A stretch of 64,000 nt of DNA, taken from assembly GCA_002269645.1 (NCBI GenBank), contig NIVC01001557.1, positions 1-64,000 on the forward strand, in the 5' to 3' direction. Origin of the DNA: Macrostomum lignano (Eukaryota). Shown here in pieces: positions 11,990-24,211 of this stretch; positions within the stretch are counted from its first letter, which is position 1; every line of letters starts with the position of its first letter. The notes beneath the pieces are model-generated. The model did no database searches, was not told the origin of the DNA, and saw only the letters and a program-made list of their open reading frames with translations. The position numbers were made by a program, and so were the translations under genes.

Positions 11990-13085
11990 CTGCACAGCTC
12001 ATGTGCAGCGGCCCGCCCCTCGGCAGACGTGGCAGGCGCGATTCTGTCCACAGCGGCGCTCAGCCTGTCGCACTGCAGCTCGACATCGCCCAGCCGATCG
12101 CGCACCCCCGCCAGCTCCGCCAGCGTCTCCTCGACCTCCTCAGTCGTAGCCGGTTGCGAGCGTCTCAAAATTGCATTCAAATCAGCGCCAGCTTCATCTA
12201 GCGACTGGCCCAGCTGCCGGGCTGACTCGTCAAAGGCTTCGTGCTCGCCAGCTCGCCTGAGCTGGGCGGCCGCCGACTCCCTCAGGCCGGTGCGCAGGCG
12301 GATGAGCCGAGCGCACAGCGCCGCAGCTCGCTGACTCGCCCGATTGTCGCGCCGATCTGCCAGCTCGCGGAGCGACGAAAATGCCGGCTCATCGCCCGAC
12401 AGCCTGTCGGCCATGGAGGAGATCTGCTCGGCCAGCTGCCGCTTGCTGGCCGCGTCTGCCGCGATGGCCGAAGTCAGCGAAGCGGCTTCAGCCTCGGCTT
12501 CGCGGAGCAGCTTGTACAGTATCTCGTACTCGGATTCGAACTCGCGACTGTCGGCCAGTCGCTGACGCAGCCGGGCCTGCAGGTCCTGGCAGCGCTCCCT
12601 GACGGCCTGGACTCCGCGGTCCAGCCAGTCCATCTCGCGCTGCACCGCCGGGCGTCCCGACTCCGCCGTCTCCGTCAGGACAGCCTCGCCGAGCTTCAAC
12701 GCTGCGCTGGTTTTCGTTTCGCTGTCGGGCAGAGCGGCGTCGACCAGGCTGTCGACGGCGTCGACCAAGTCGCTTGGGAGTCGGAGAGGCCCGACGTCGA
12801 TGGGTCGGCGTCGGAAGACTCGCCGGCGGACTCGCAGCGGGCCAGCCGCTCGTTGGCGGAGTGCAGCCAGTCGGCGGCCAGCTGGAAGGCGTCCTGGTAG
12901 GCCAGGTGGGACTCGAACACCTGCTCGCAGTGCCGAACTGCTCCAGCGGACGAGTCGGCGAGGTCGCGGTACCTGGCGGACAGCTGGGCGAGCTTGTTGG
13001 CCACGTGCGGCGAGGCCAGCTGCTGGCCGCGGCGGATGAGGGCCTCCAGCACCGGCTCTCGGGTGCGAATGTCGTGCAGGCGCGA
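11990..13085 (-). CDS. SYNE1: Spectrin-repeat exon with an internal 1-nt frameshift near 12780-12800
   Basis: 5' part in the frame of ORF 12696-13052, 3' part in the frame of ORF 11986-13107; flanking phases (0 in, 2 out) require +1 nt. Confidence 0.8.
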
Positions 13086-13454
13086 CTGCGGACGGAGAGG
13101 AAGTCAAAGTGCGTCGAGTACTTCACTCGGAGTCTATTTGGCTTTAAGAGTGCGTGCCATTTATAAAGTGCAAATGCGGGATTCTAAAAGTACTAACTTA
13201 AACGATCTATCTATGCATTTCTATCGCTGTGCGAATCGTGAATTTGATGGAGAGGCCCAAAGAGCTATAAAGAAGATGGACTTCGCTGACATCAATAAGG
13301 TCATCATTGAGAAGACTCTCCCAAAGAAAGCTCGAAGTTCATATCGAGCCAATTCTGTGACACTGCCCGCATTTGCTTTTGCTTTGGCTTCGATATAAAA
13401 GTACATCTGTATCAATACAGAGTAGATACCGACTAACAATAAAAGTACACTTAC

Positions 13455-14402
13455 CCTGTGAAAGTGCAGCTGGCTGCGCTTCTCGGGCAGCCCTGGTTGC
13501 AGCGGGAAGTCGCCGGTGGCGGCGAACTCGGCCTCCTTCAGCCAGGCCACCAGCCGCTGGTAGCTCTCGTCGTAGTCGCTCCACTGCAGCCCGGCCGCCT
13601 CCAGCCGGCGCCGCAGCTCCGCGGAGGCCTCGCACCAGGCGTCGAATCGACGTCGAAGATCGCGAAGCTCGGCTCGAATCTCGTCTCGGCCGGCCGGCGC
13701 TGTCCCAGTCAACGCCCGGTCGGCCGCTCCGGCCGCCTGCATCGCCAAAGTCTCGCCGTCCGGTAGAGTTTCGGCCACTGTCCGGGCCAGTTCGGCCTTG
13801 TTGGCGATGGACTCGCGATCGGCCTCTGGCGCGTCCGCGGCCTCGGCCAGCTCGCGCTCCGCCTCGGACAGCCAGTCGGACAGCGCGGCCGCCCGCTCCG
13901 CCCAGGCGCGGTGATCGGCCACGCGGGCCGTCGCTTCGTCGACAGCATCGGCTACGTCGCGTCGCAGGCGCCGGCTTCGACTATCGACATCGTCGACTAT
14001 CACGGCGCCGGCGGCGGCATTGTCGTCGGCATCGTCGAGACGGCGAGCCAGAGCCCGCAGGCCGTCCAGCTGGGCGAGCTTGGTCTCCAGGCTGGGCCGC
14101 GGCGCCCGCAGCGACTTCAGCTCGGCCTCGGCAGCGGCCAGGCGGGCCCGACGGTTGCCAGCGGCGGAGGCCAGTTCGGCGAGTTGATCGGCGCGCCGGC
14201 GAAGTCGCTCGGCGCAGTCGGCCAGGCGGGCCTCCAAATCAGCGAGTTCGTCACCGGCGACCGACGCGGCGGTTGAAGGTCGGCGAACTTCGAGGAGGCT
14301 CGAGTCGACCTCCTGGATGCCGGAGTCGGCGAGGCGAGACGCAAAATCGACGAGCGACGCGAGTCGGTCCTTCCCGGATGTGGCCGCCTCCGACTGCAGA
14401 TC
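13455..14402 (-). CDS. SYNE1: Spectrin-repeat exon (...LQWSDYDESYQRLVAWLKEAE...FHR)
   Basis: CAG/GTAAGT, 948 nt; classic W-x-x-Y...W-L spectrin pattern. Confidence 0.9.
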
Positions 14403-14899
14403 CTGCCGATGCGGGGGCGGTAGATTGATCGAATATTTACCTACCATTCTAGGAAAGCAATAATAGTCCGGTTAAAACCCAATCACTTTCTCACCTGTCA
14501 GTCAATGAGAAAAAAACCAAATATATTTATGTTTAATGAGAAATTGGATCCCCAGGTAGATATGGGATTTGGGGTTTGTACTTTTAACTTCTGGTTGGAT
14601 TATTTCTATGGCGCCCTCTATTGGCGGGATAATGGCCAATGAGAGCCAAGGGGATCCGAAGATCACGAAGCCGAGAGAAGCAAAGAATGGGGTAGGCAGA
14701 AAAGTTTCTGGGATAGTTTTGCTGCCAGCTTCCGCCTCACCGCGCTCCCCCAGCTTCATTGCTGCCTTCCAGACTCCCGGTCCCGGACACAATGTTCCCG
14801 CAAAACCCCCGATCCCAAGGCGATTTAGTTTGAAAAAGTGCAAACTGAAAAAACTGAGGTGATTCAATAAATATCCTCAATATTTATTCATGTACGACT

Positions 14900-15610
14900 C
14901 CCAAATACCGATCCCAAATCATAACAAATCCCAAATCATAACAAATCCCAAATCATAACAAATCCCAAATCATAACAAATCCCAAATCATAACAAATCCC
15001 AAATCATAACAAATCCCCAATCATAACAAATCCCAAATCACAACAAATCCCAAATCATAACAAATCCCAAATCATAACAATCCCAAATCATAACAAATCC
15101 CAAATCATAACAAATCCCAAATCATAACAAATCCCAAATCATAACAAATCCCAAATCATAAAAAATCCCAAATAATAACAAATCCCAAATTATAACAAAT
15201 CCCAAATCATAACAAATCCCAAATCATAACAAATCCCAAATCATAACAAATCCCAAAGTCATAAAAAAATCCCAAATCATAAAAAATCCTAAATCATAAC
15301 AAATCCCAAATCATAACAAATCTCAACTCAAAACAAATCCCAAGCTAAAAAAATCCCTAATCATAAATAATCCCTAATCATAACAAATCCCAAATCATAA
15401 CAAATCTCAACTCAAAACAAATCCCAAGCTAAAAAAATCCCTAATCATAAATAATCCCTAATCATAACAAATCCCAAATCATAACAAATCCCAAATCATA
15501 ACAAATCCCAAATCATAACAAATCCCAAACTATAACAAATATCAACTCAAAACAAATCCCAAACTAAACAAATCACAAATTATAACAAATCCCAAATCAT
15601 AAGAAATCCC
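14900..15610. repeat. 17-bp minisatellite (AAATCCCAAATCATAAC)
   Basis: Tandem copies. Confidence 0.95.
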
Positions 15611-15689
15611 AAACACTGACCAATCTCAACAGATGAATGCTTGGCAAAGATATCTCAATACCGGCGCCATACAAAAGCTGATCGCTCAC

Positions 15690-16625
15690 CTCAACTGCCT
15701 GCAGAGCCACTTGCACCGCCCTGGCGGTCTCGTCAAGAGACAAAGCCGCAGCCGCAGCCGCAGTTTCCGTCGGCTCTGGGGCGTCTCCGATGGCCATCAG
15801 GTCGTCCAGACGTTCGCCGCAGCCGGCCAACCACCGATGAAACTCGGACAGCCGGTCGAGAAACCGGCCAACTAGAGCCGCTTCTGTCCGTCCGGCCGCC
15901 TGTCCGGCAGATTCGGCCAGTCGGGCAGCTCGGTCGGCCAGTTCGCCGGCGCCCGGCTGCTGGTCGCGCAGCTCCGTTTCCTTGGCTGCCAGGCGATCGC
16001 GCAGGTCGCCGAGCAGCTCCAGCCGGTGCCGCAGGCGACCCTCCGCTTGATCGTCGTCCTCATCGACTTCACCGCCGCCGATGTCGCAGGCGGCCCGAAG
16101 CTCCTCGCGGGCCTGCCGGAGCCACTCGGCCGCAGCCGCTGCTGCCGCGGCCGCCTCTGCTCGACTCTCCGCCTGTCGGTCCGCCTCCGAGGCCAGTCGG
16201 CCGGCGGCTTCGTCGGCGGCGTCCAACCGCAGCGACATCTCGTCGGCCGATCGACGCAACACCTCGGCCGCCGCTCGACCTTCCGGCGTCGATGTCGATT
16301 CAAGCTCGTCCGCTCGCTGGCGAAGCTCGTCGACAAGCTCCCGAGCTGCCAGACGGTCCTCGGCCGAGCGAGCCAGACGGGCTCTGGTCAGAGATTCGTC
16401 CGGGTCAGCGGCGAGGCTGTCCTCGGCGGAGCGGACCAAGGCGGCCAGCTCGTCGCGGCGCTGCTCGGCGGCCTCCCAGACGGCGGCCAGGCGGTCCAGC
16501 TGACGGCGCCGGGTGGCGAGGCGGTCGGCCAGGGCGCGGTTGGCGTCGACAATGTCGGCGAGGCGGTCGGACGGCGAGGATTCGTCGAAGGTGGCGTGGG
16601 TCAAAGCGCGAGCGTCTTTGCAGAG
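15690..16625 (-). CDS. SYNE1: Spectrin-repeat exon
   Basis: CAG/GTGAG, 936 nt, phase 0/0. Confidence 0.88.
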
Positions 16626-16988
16626 CTGAAGATGCGAGCGGAGGTGCGCGGGCTATCAGTGCGAGAAATGCCTACCGTCCGGAAGCCCTGATTTTATAAG
16701 AAAGTTTTCCAACTTAAAAAATCCTCAATTTTGCAGGAATCCCTGATTTCCAGAAGTACAAAGTTTTCTAAGAAATCATAAAATGCCAGCATTAGCAGAT
16801 TTCTAAGAAACTCAACTTTTTTAAAAATCGTAACCCCCAGATTAACCTAACTTTCTAAGATATATGTAACTTTCAGAAATCTCTTCAACTTCCAGACGTT
16901 TCAAGTTTCTAAGAAATCAAAAACTCCAAAAAATAGCGCCTACTCTCAATAACTTCGATTGTCGTAGAAAACCACGAGGCGCCCTCAC

Positions 16989-19034
16989 CTGACTGACAGC
17001 CCGCTGCGCGGCATCCAGCTCCCGCCCGCCGCCGCTGGCCAGCTCCTCCTCTGCGGCCCTCAGCCGGCGCGCCGCTTCTGCCGCAGCTTCCGGCGACGCG
17101 GCATTCTCGTCCAGCTCGAAGTCCAGCTCGGCCGAGCTCAGCAGCCGACTCTGCAGCTCCTCGGCAGCGGCCAGCCGGTCCTCGAACGCTCGGGCGGTGC
17201 CGGCCAGACTGTCGGCCAGGCGCTGCTTCTCGGCCAGTCGGGCCGCCGTGTCGTCCCAGGCGTCCTGCGCCCTCGAGGCCACGTCGGCGGCGGAGGCGGC
17301 AGCGGCCGACATTGAGCCGCTGCGCTGGCGCCGGGCCGCCGCCAACTTCAACGATTCGAGCTCCGATCGTCTGTCCGACATCGCCTCGGACAGCTCGGCC
17401 AGCTTGCCAGCGGCCGCCTCGGCGCCCTCCGAGGTCGGCGGTTCAACGCGAAGCTCGTCCAGTTGGCGGCCGACGTCGGCCAGGAATTCGGACAGTTCGG
17501 CCTCGGCCATTCGAAGCTCGTCCAGCTCGCGGCGGGTGTCCAGACAGGCCTGCCGCTTGGCCGCCACGGCTTGCTCGATTTCGGACACCTCGTCCAGCGC
17601 CCGCCGGACACCGCCGAGGTCTCCATCGTCGCCGCGTTCGTCCTCCTCATCATCGTCCGGCCGAATTCGCATCTCGGCCACGCGCATCAGCTCGGCCAGC
17701 GACTCCTGCTGGCTGCCGTCGCCTTGAAACTGTTCAACAGCATCTCGGGCCCGCCGCACCGCCTCGGTCAGCGAGTCCAGCTCATCGGATTCGTCATCGG
17801 CGCCGCGGAGCTGCTCGGCTACTCGACGAAGCTCCCGGCGGGCGTCGGCCCGGGCTCGAGTCCAGGCCAGCCAGGCTCCGCACAGCCGGCGTCGGCGGCT
17901 TGTCAAGTCGGCGACGTGCTCGACGCTGGCCGCGGCGCTGTTGAATGCCTCGCCAAGCTGGCGAGCCTCGCGGTCAGGCAGCAGCTCGAGCTGCTCGTCG
18001 ACCATTTGTCGCAGATTGCCGTTAAGTTCGGCGACTCGATCTGCAGCCTCGCGCTCGATGCCGGCCAGGTGGTGCCCGTCGATGTCCGCCACCTGGGCGG
18101 CTCGGACGTCCGACCAGCGCGAGTGTCTGGCCATCGCCCGCCTCGCCCAGTCGGACAAACCAGCCACGCGTCCGGCGCTCGAGTCGGACAGTTCGGACAG
18201 TCGCTGCAGCTCGGCCATTCGATTCTCTAGCTTGTCCGAGCACTGGGCCAGCCGCCGGTCAATGTCCGAGTGCTTCGCTGCGGCTTCCTGACCGGCCGAG
18301 TCGGACAGGTGCGGACGCAAACCGGCCAGGCGCCGCTCGGATTCGGCCAGCTGGTCGGCGGTCTCGGCCACCCGCTGTCGCAGACTCCTGGCGGCTGCCG
18401 CCTTCACCTCCAGCGACTCGCCTTCGGGACCTTCGCCGCAGAGGGCCTCCAGCTCGGCCAGCTGATCCTCCAGCTGCCTCCTGCCGGCCAGAAAGTCGAG
18501 CACGGCGTCCCGGACACTGGCCGATCGTTTTGCTTTCAGTTCGGCGTCCGATTCCATTGCCAGCCAGCGCTCGGTCAGCTGACGGCACCTCGCCGATGCC
18601 CGAGGATCCGCAGCCGCTGCCAGCGTCTCCAGAGGATCGAGCAGCTCACCTCGGGCTCGGGCCATCTCGGCCAGCAGTTTGTCGTCTCGAGCACAGGTCG
18701 CTTCGGCATCGGCAGCGTCGTCCAGTTGTTGAATGACGCCGTCGACGGTGTCAAGAGGTCCCTGGCGGCGCTCCTGACGGTTGAGGAAGTCGGCAGTTCG
18801 AGCAGCCAGAGAGTCGAACTGGTCCCGCGCTTCGGCCGCCGATGCTGCCGCTGAGGTCAACTCGGCGGATCGTCTTTGAAGCGCGGCGAGGGCCTCCACG
18901 TCGGTCGACAGCAGGTCGGAGCCGCCACCAAGGCTGCTGAAGTCTGCCGTCAGGTTGACGAGGTCGGCCTCGGCTTGGCGGAGCTGCTCGGCGAGGTCCG
19001 AAGCGCCCGCGAGTAGGTCGCGGGGATCTGCAGA
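16989..19034 (-). CDS. SYNE1: Large spectrin-repeat exon (682 codons)
   Basis: ORF 16917-19124; CAG/GTGAG; phase 0/0; Ala/Leu/Arg/Glu helical repeats. Confidence 0.9.
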
Positions 19035-19054
19035 CTGGAAGGATTGGGAGATTG

Positions 19055-19645
19055 GATTGAACCTACTCAGCCATCTGCTCAACCTACTCAGCCATCTGCT
19101 CAACCTACTCAGCCATCTGCTCAACCTACTCAGCCTATCTGCTCAACCTAATCAGACCATCTGTTCAACCTACTCAGCCCATCTGCTCAACCTACTAAGC
19201 CATCTGCTCAACCTACTCAGCCCATCTGCTCAACCTACTCAGCCCATCTGCTCAACCTACTCAGCTATCTGCTCAACCTACTCAGCGATCTGCTCAACCT
19301 ATTCAGCCATCTGCTCAACCTACTCAGCCCATCTGCTCAACCTAATCAGCCATCTGCTCAACCTACTCAGCCATCTGCTCAACCTACTCAGCCTATCTGC
19401 TCAACCTAATCAGACCATCTGTTCAACCTACTCAGCCCATCTGCTCAACCTACTAAGCCATCTGCTCAACCTACTCAGCCCATCTGCTCAACCTACTCAG
19501 CCCATCTGCTCAACCTACTCAGCTATCTGCTCAACCTACTCAGCGATCTGCTCAACCTATTCAGCCATCTGCTCAACCTACTCAGCCCATCTGCTCAACC
19601 TAATCAGCCAACTGCTCAAACTACTCAGCCAACTGCTCACCATCT
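19055..19645. repeat. 21-bp minisatellite (TCAACCTACTCAGCCATCTGC) with higher-order duplication
   Basis: Fills the intron 19035-19658. Confidence 0.95.
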
Positions 19646-19658
19646 CCAAGCAACTCAC

Positions 19659-20367
19659 CGATCCCAGATCCTCGAGCCGACTTGCCAGGTCGGCCGCTCG
19701 CCGCAGCGCCGTCGCCAACTCGTTCCTCCCCGCCCGCAGCGCCCTCAGCTTGTCGCCGCGCTCGCCGAGTTCGCCAATCCGATTGCCAAGCCGATCGCTG
19801 CCGCCAGCCGCCCAGCTTCGCAGCTCCATCAGCCAATCCTCCAGCGCTTTCAAGTCGATCGTCTCTTCCGCCTCGTCGGCAGCCTGCTGCACAGCCGGAA
19901 CAGCTTCCATGACAGCGACAGTCCGAGTTTCGGCCTGGGTGAATCGGCGAAGCAGTCGACGATCTTCGTCAAGGGTTGCGTCGAGAATTTCGACATCGAT
20001 GTCGGCCTGTTGCTGCTGCTGTTGAGTGTCGGAGTTGAGCTGCGACTCAGCGGCTTCCAGGATGGCGCCGACAGCGCTGGCCTCGGACTCGAGCTCGGTC
20101 CACCGCTGCGCCAGCCGCTGCAGCTGCTCAATCTTTGCCTCGGCCACCGCGCCCGCCGAGGCCTCCCAGGCGTCGGCCAGGTCGACGAGACGTTCCGCGA
20201 CAAACTTCACAGTCGTCAAGTCGTCAGCGGACGCGGCGGCGGCTTCTTCAACCAGACGGTTGCCGTCGGCCAGAGCCGCGGTGACAGCGGACCGCTGCGC
20301 CCGGTCCAGCCGGAGCCGCCGGGACCTCAGCCGGTCGTGCTTCGCCCGGACCGCCGCCACACGCACC
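19659..20367 (-). CDS. SYNE1: Spectrin-repeat exon; 5' boundary abuts a SINE and is uncertain (phase-compatible acceptor at 20294)
   Basis: ORF 19578-20372; GTGAG donor at 19658; upstream sequence switches abruptly to SINE. Confidence 0.75.
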
Positions 20368-20530
20368 CTCAATTACCCCAGCTAATGCTGGCACCCATTT
20401 TACAGCTGGGTGAACTGAAGCAAGGCAGAGTTTAGCGTCTTGCTCAAGAACTCAAATTGTTTCGAATGAGTCGAGAATCGAACCCCCGACCTTTCAGTGG
20501 AGAGTCCGACGCTCTGACCACTAGGCTACA
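20365..20530 (-). mobile_element. tRNA-derived CORE/MIR-like SINE, copy 1 (apparently 3'-truncated)
   Basis: Minus-strand head TGTAGCCTAGTGGTCAGAGCG (A box) and GGGGTTCGATTCTC (B box); CORE-like CCCATTTTACAG...AACTGA...CTTGCTCAAG; second copy at 22460. Confidence 0.75.
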
Positions 20531-21550
20531 GCCCTGACTACAAATGCTACGAATGCAAACACTACCTATTCAATTCAAAGCAGTTCACGAATTTGGAGAC
20601 CCGTTGTATCCAAATTGCTCAATTGACGTGAATAGCAATCAAAATTATGCATAATAATAATAGTAGTATATCGTGTCTCATTGAGTTAAATGCATCGCTG
20701 AAACGGTTAATCGCTTGTCGATTGATTGATTGATTGATTGATAGACACAGTGGGTGCGTGGCAGACCTTCTAACAATTAGTCTCGATCGATAGGTCGTAG
20801 ATACAGGTAAATGCAGGTGCAGAAGTTTACAAAAAGTTAAATAGATCCTCTATTTTCATTATCTCATAACATGCACTAAAAGTTAATTCTCGTATCCAGT
20901 TCATTCTTTTGGGCTGGCACAATTACCTATAATGAAAAATTAGAATTTGTTATAATACTGGCACAAATTCGAATGGAATTTTTTGTTTTAAACTAACACC
21001 AATGTGAGTAGACAGCTTTGTTAAGGTTAATAAGTGTGAGAACTTTTTACACCAATTCTCAGATTTTAAGTTAATAACTTACTGACAATTAATTCATGCG
21101 TATTGCAATATTAACCCCTATTACATAACGACAATTATCTACACACAAATATTTAAAAAAAGAAATATTATTCTCGAGTTTCAAATCTGGAGACACAGAA
21201 AAAACGCCCAACACTAAATTCTTTTATGCACGCCTGCTTAAAATAAAATCCGGCAGTTTCGAGGCAACAAAAAAACAACTTCTACTTTAAAAAAGTACCA
21301 CATGTACTGCAGGTTCGCGTGCGAAAATTGGCGAGGAATGCAGAAATAAAGGCGCACTTTCAATGCCTACTACTAACAGTACTATTCTGCAGCTTTTGAA
21401 ATAACAAAATATCAAACTAAACGGTACTATCAGGTAATAAAACGCATTTTTGGGTGATTTTGCGGTGAGTTTAAGATTGAAAAGCAAGTAAAAAGTTGAC
21501 AACACGCAAAGATTCTCATGACAGGTGTATTTAATGCGGCCTGCACTTAC

Positions 21551-21694
21551 CTTAAACCTCCGATTCAAATCTTCGAACTGAGCGTCTACTTCGTCAGTGT
21601 TGAGATTCTTCACCTTGGAGGATTTGATCTTGGTCAAGAAGCGATTTTTTCCGTCCAACACCGATTTGAAATAGTTGGTCTGGCCAAAGTGAGT
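21551..21694 (-). CDS. SYNE1: Nesprin-like exon (THFGQTNYFKSVLDGKNRF...RRFK)
   Basis: CAG/GTAAGT, 144 nt, phase 0/0. Confidence 0.8.
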
Positions 21695-22015
21695 CTGAGT
21701 AAAACAAATCATTGTGCGGGAAACCAAACTAATCAAGTGATTTAACGACGATAATGATAAAATTTATATAATGAAGTAAAACGTGACTGTGATGTTTTCT
21801 TAGAATAAAAAATCTACTAATGTGCATAAGCTATACTTAATTACGCAATAAAGGTAGTAGTATTAAAGTATTTTATGCGCAAAATTATGATTAAATAAAA
21901 ACGACAATAACCAACAACTTTTTTCCTTAGATTACTACTGGCTTACATTACACAGTTAGTAGTACGAAAGTACATTACGCAAAAATTAACAATATTCTGT
22001 TAAAAATGAACCAAC

Positions 22016-22339
22016 CTTGTGTGCTTCAATTTTCTCTTCGATCGTCTTGTCCTCAGAGTCGCCTCCGTGCTGGGCCAGCAGCCGCTCGCCAGCCTCAATC
22101 CAGCTGACCAGCTCCTCCAGCCCGTTCTCCAGGCTCTCTACGTTTGGCAAAACAGATTTCAGGCCCCGACTTCGCTCGGGCAGTCGCTTTCGCAGATTCT
22201 GAAGTCGATCTTTGATAATTTTCAAATTGCCAAGCATCTCGTTTACAGTCTGTTCCGGCAGGTCCTTCACCATTGATTGAGCAGTTTTGCTCACTGATTT
22301 GAATTCCGCTTCCATTGGCTCCTGCTGATCTTGAGTAGC
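22016..22339 (-). CDS. SYNE1: Nesprin-like spectrin-repeat exon (ATQDQQEPM...IEAHK)
   Basis: CAG/GTTGG, 324 nt, phase 0/0. Confidence 0.9.
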
Positions 22340-22459
22340 CTGAGTTGATAAAACAGTATGGTAATTAGCTATGAGAAGCTGACGTTTACTACACCTGCGC
22401 CGATCGGGCCAGATGTGCAACCGACGGCTTAGTCCAAGGACTGGGGGGTCGCCACTCAA

Positions 22460-22625
22460 ACCCTCAATTACCCCAGCTAATGCTGGCACCCATTTTACAG
22501 CTGGGTGAACTGAAGCAATGCAGAGTTAAGTGTCTTGCTCAAGGACACAAATTGTTACAGTGGGATCGGAAATCGAACCCCCGACCTTTTAGTGGTGAGT
22601 CCGACGCTCTAACCACTAGGCTACA
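22460..22625 (-). mobile_element. tRNA-derived CORE/MIR-like SINE, copy 2
   Basis: Highly similar to 20365-20530; A box TAGCCTAGTGG, B box GGTTCGATTTCC; may extend to ~22370. Confidence 0.75.
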
Positions 22626-22689
22626 ACCCCTACTGGTCTATTTGCTGACTCAAAACTAAAAAGCCCCTAAAAAGAGGCCGACCGCTCAC

Positions 22690-23061
22690 CTGCAGGCTAG
22701 CCAGATTTTCGCGAATGCAGCGAACGTTGCAGGGCAGCTCGGCTTCGACCAGCTGCTTAGCCCTGTCCAGCCAATCAGTGAGAGCCGTCGTGCTGGCGTG
22801 GTAGCCCTTCCGGCTCTTCTCAGCCGCGTCCATCCGCTCGGACTGCTTGTGCCCTTCGGACAGCTCCTTCCACTGACGATTGATCCGCTGCAATCGCTGG
22901 CGGACCTCGTCGGCTGCCGCTGGCGCGCAGTTGGCCGTCAGGAGGCCACCGGCGTCGTTTAATCGACGGTGACGCGCCTCCCAGTTGGCGAAGTCGGCGA
23001 AGAACGAGTCGCGCTCCTCTGCGGAGCCCCGGAGCGCCGCTTGGGCTGAGGGTAGCCAAGA
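22690..23061 (-). CDS. SYNE1: Nesprin-like spectrin-repeat exon (SWLPSAQ...LASLQ)
   Basis: CAG/GTGAG, 372 nt, spectrin W/L helical pattern. Confidence 0.9.
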
Positions 23062-23336
23062 CTGGAAATATATTGGTTGGGTTAGAATTAGATGAGCTTT
23101 GGCGAATGTACATTTGCTAGGCAGGGGGAGAGGGACGGGTTTGGTGAATGTACATTTGCTAGGCGGCGGGAGAGGGGGGAGGTTCGGTGAATGTACATTT
23201 GCTAGGCGGCGGGAGAGGAACGGGTTTGGTGAATGGAAGACATTTTGCAAGATTCGGGTAGGCTGTATAGTTCCGATGAAGATTGTATTAGCACTGATAG
23301 TAACTTATAAATGAATATATGCCTGATCATGCTCAC

Positions 23337-23760
23337 CTCAATGGCCTCCGCTTCATCTAGAAACTGTTTCCAGCTCTCTGCTATCCGCTTCAACGGTTCC
23401 GGTGCCGCTTGAACCTCGCGTCGCAGGCGGTCCCACTTCCGGGTTGCCTCGGTGGCGAAGCGGTCGTTTTCTCGAGTCTCTGGCATCGACTTGCCCGAGT
23501 CGCGCTTCTTCAGAGCCTCTGCCTGCTGGCGGAATGAGTCCAGCGCTTGGTCCACGCTGGGCAGGAGTTTGCCGGCAACCACGAAATTATCGTAGTCGGC
23601 TAGAAGTGCCTCCACTTCCGGTAGGTGGCCATAGTTTCCGGTCCATTCCGGTAGTTTCCGTTCGGTAACGATGAAATATGCGAGTACGCGGTATTTGGAT
23701 TCTAGGAATTCCAACTTCTGCCGGACTTCCGGTTCGTCCTGCTGCACCTGGGTCAACCGT
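23337..23760 (-). CDS. SYNE1: Nesprin-like spectrin-repeat exon (KLEFLESKYRVLAYF...)
   Basis: Resembles nesprin-1 KMEFLELKYRLL; phase 2/0. Confidence 0.9.
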
Positions 23761-23789
23761 CTGGGAGAGCGAATTCCGGGAAAAGTTAG

Positions 23790-24120
23790 ATGGCGATTCT
23801 TATGGCAGTTGAGGGCCGATTCTTATGCCAGTTGACGGGTGATTCTTATGGCAGTTGAGGGGCGATTCTTATGCCAGTTGAGGGGCGATTCTTATGCCAG
23901 TTGAGGGGCGATTCTTATGGTAGTTGAGAGGCGATTCTTATGCCTGTTGAGGGGCGATTCTTATGCCAGTTGAGGGGCGATTCTTATGGCAGTTGAGGGG
24001 CGATTCTTATGCCAGTTGAGGGGCGATTCTTATGGTAGTTGAGGGGCGATTTTTATGGCAGTTGAGGGGCGATTCTTATGGCAGTTGAGGGGCGATTCTT
24101 ATGGCAGTTGAGGGGCGACT
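23790..24120. repeat. 23-bp minisatellite (GTTGAGGGGCGATTCTTATGCCA)
   Basis: Tandem copies. Confidence 0.93.
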
Positions 24121-24211
24121 ATTTGTTAAACACGTTATTTATAGTTTTCATACTACTCTTCTCACAACCAGTATTGAGTAGTATAAACTGCACAAAATTC
24201 AGCACCCTCAC

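Noticed and set aside
12770-12810. Programmed ribosomal frameshift
   Set aside because: No slippery heptamer; indel errors elsewhere in the gene give a simpler explanation
13200-13400. + strand ORF piece (AIKKMDFADINKVIIEKTLPKK) as a transposase relic
   Set aside because: No recognisable motif; too short to assign
15641-18854. Long + strand ORFs overlapping the nesprin exons (also 13373-14428, 12241-12900)
   Set aside because: Antisense shadows of GC-rich coding sequence with few stops
20450-20530. tRNA gene
   Set aside because: Has A/B boxes but no convincing cloverleaf and continues into CORE-like sequence; treated as a SINE head
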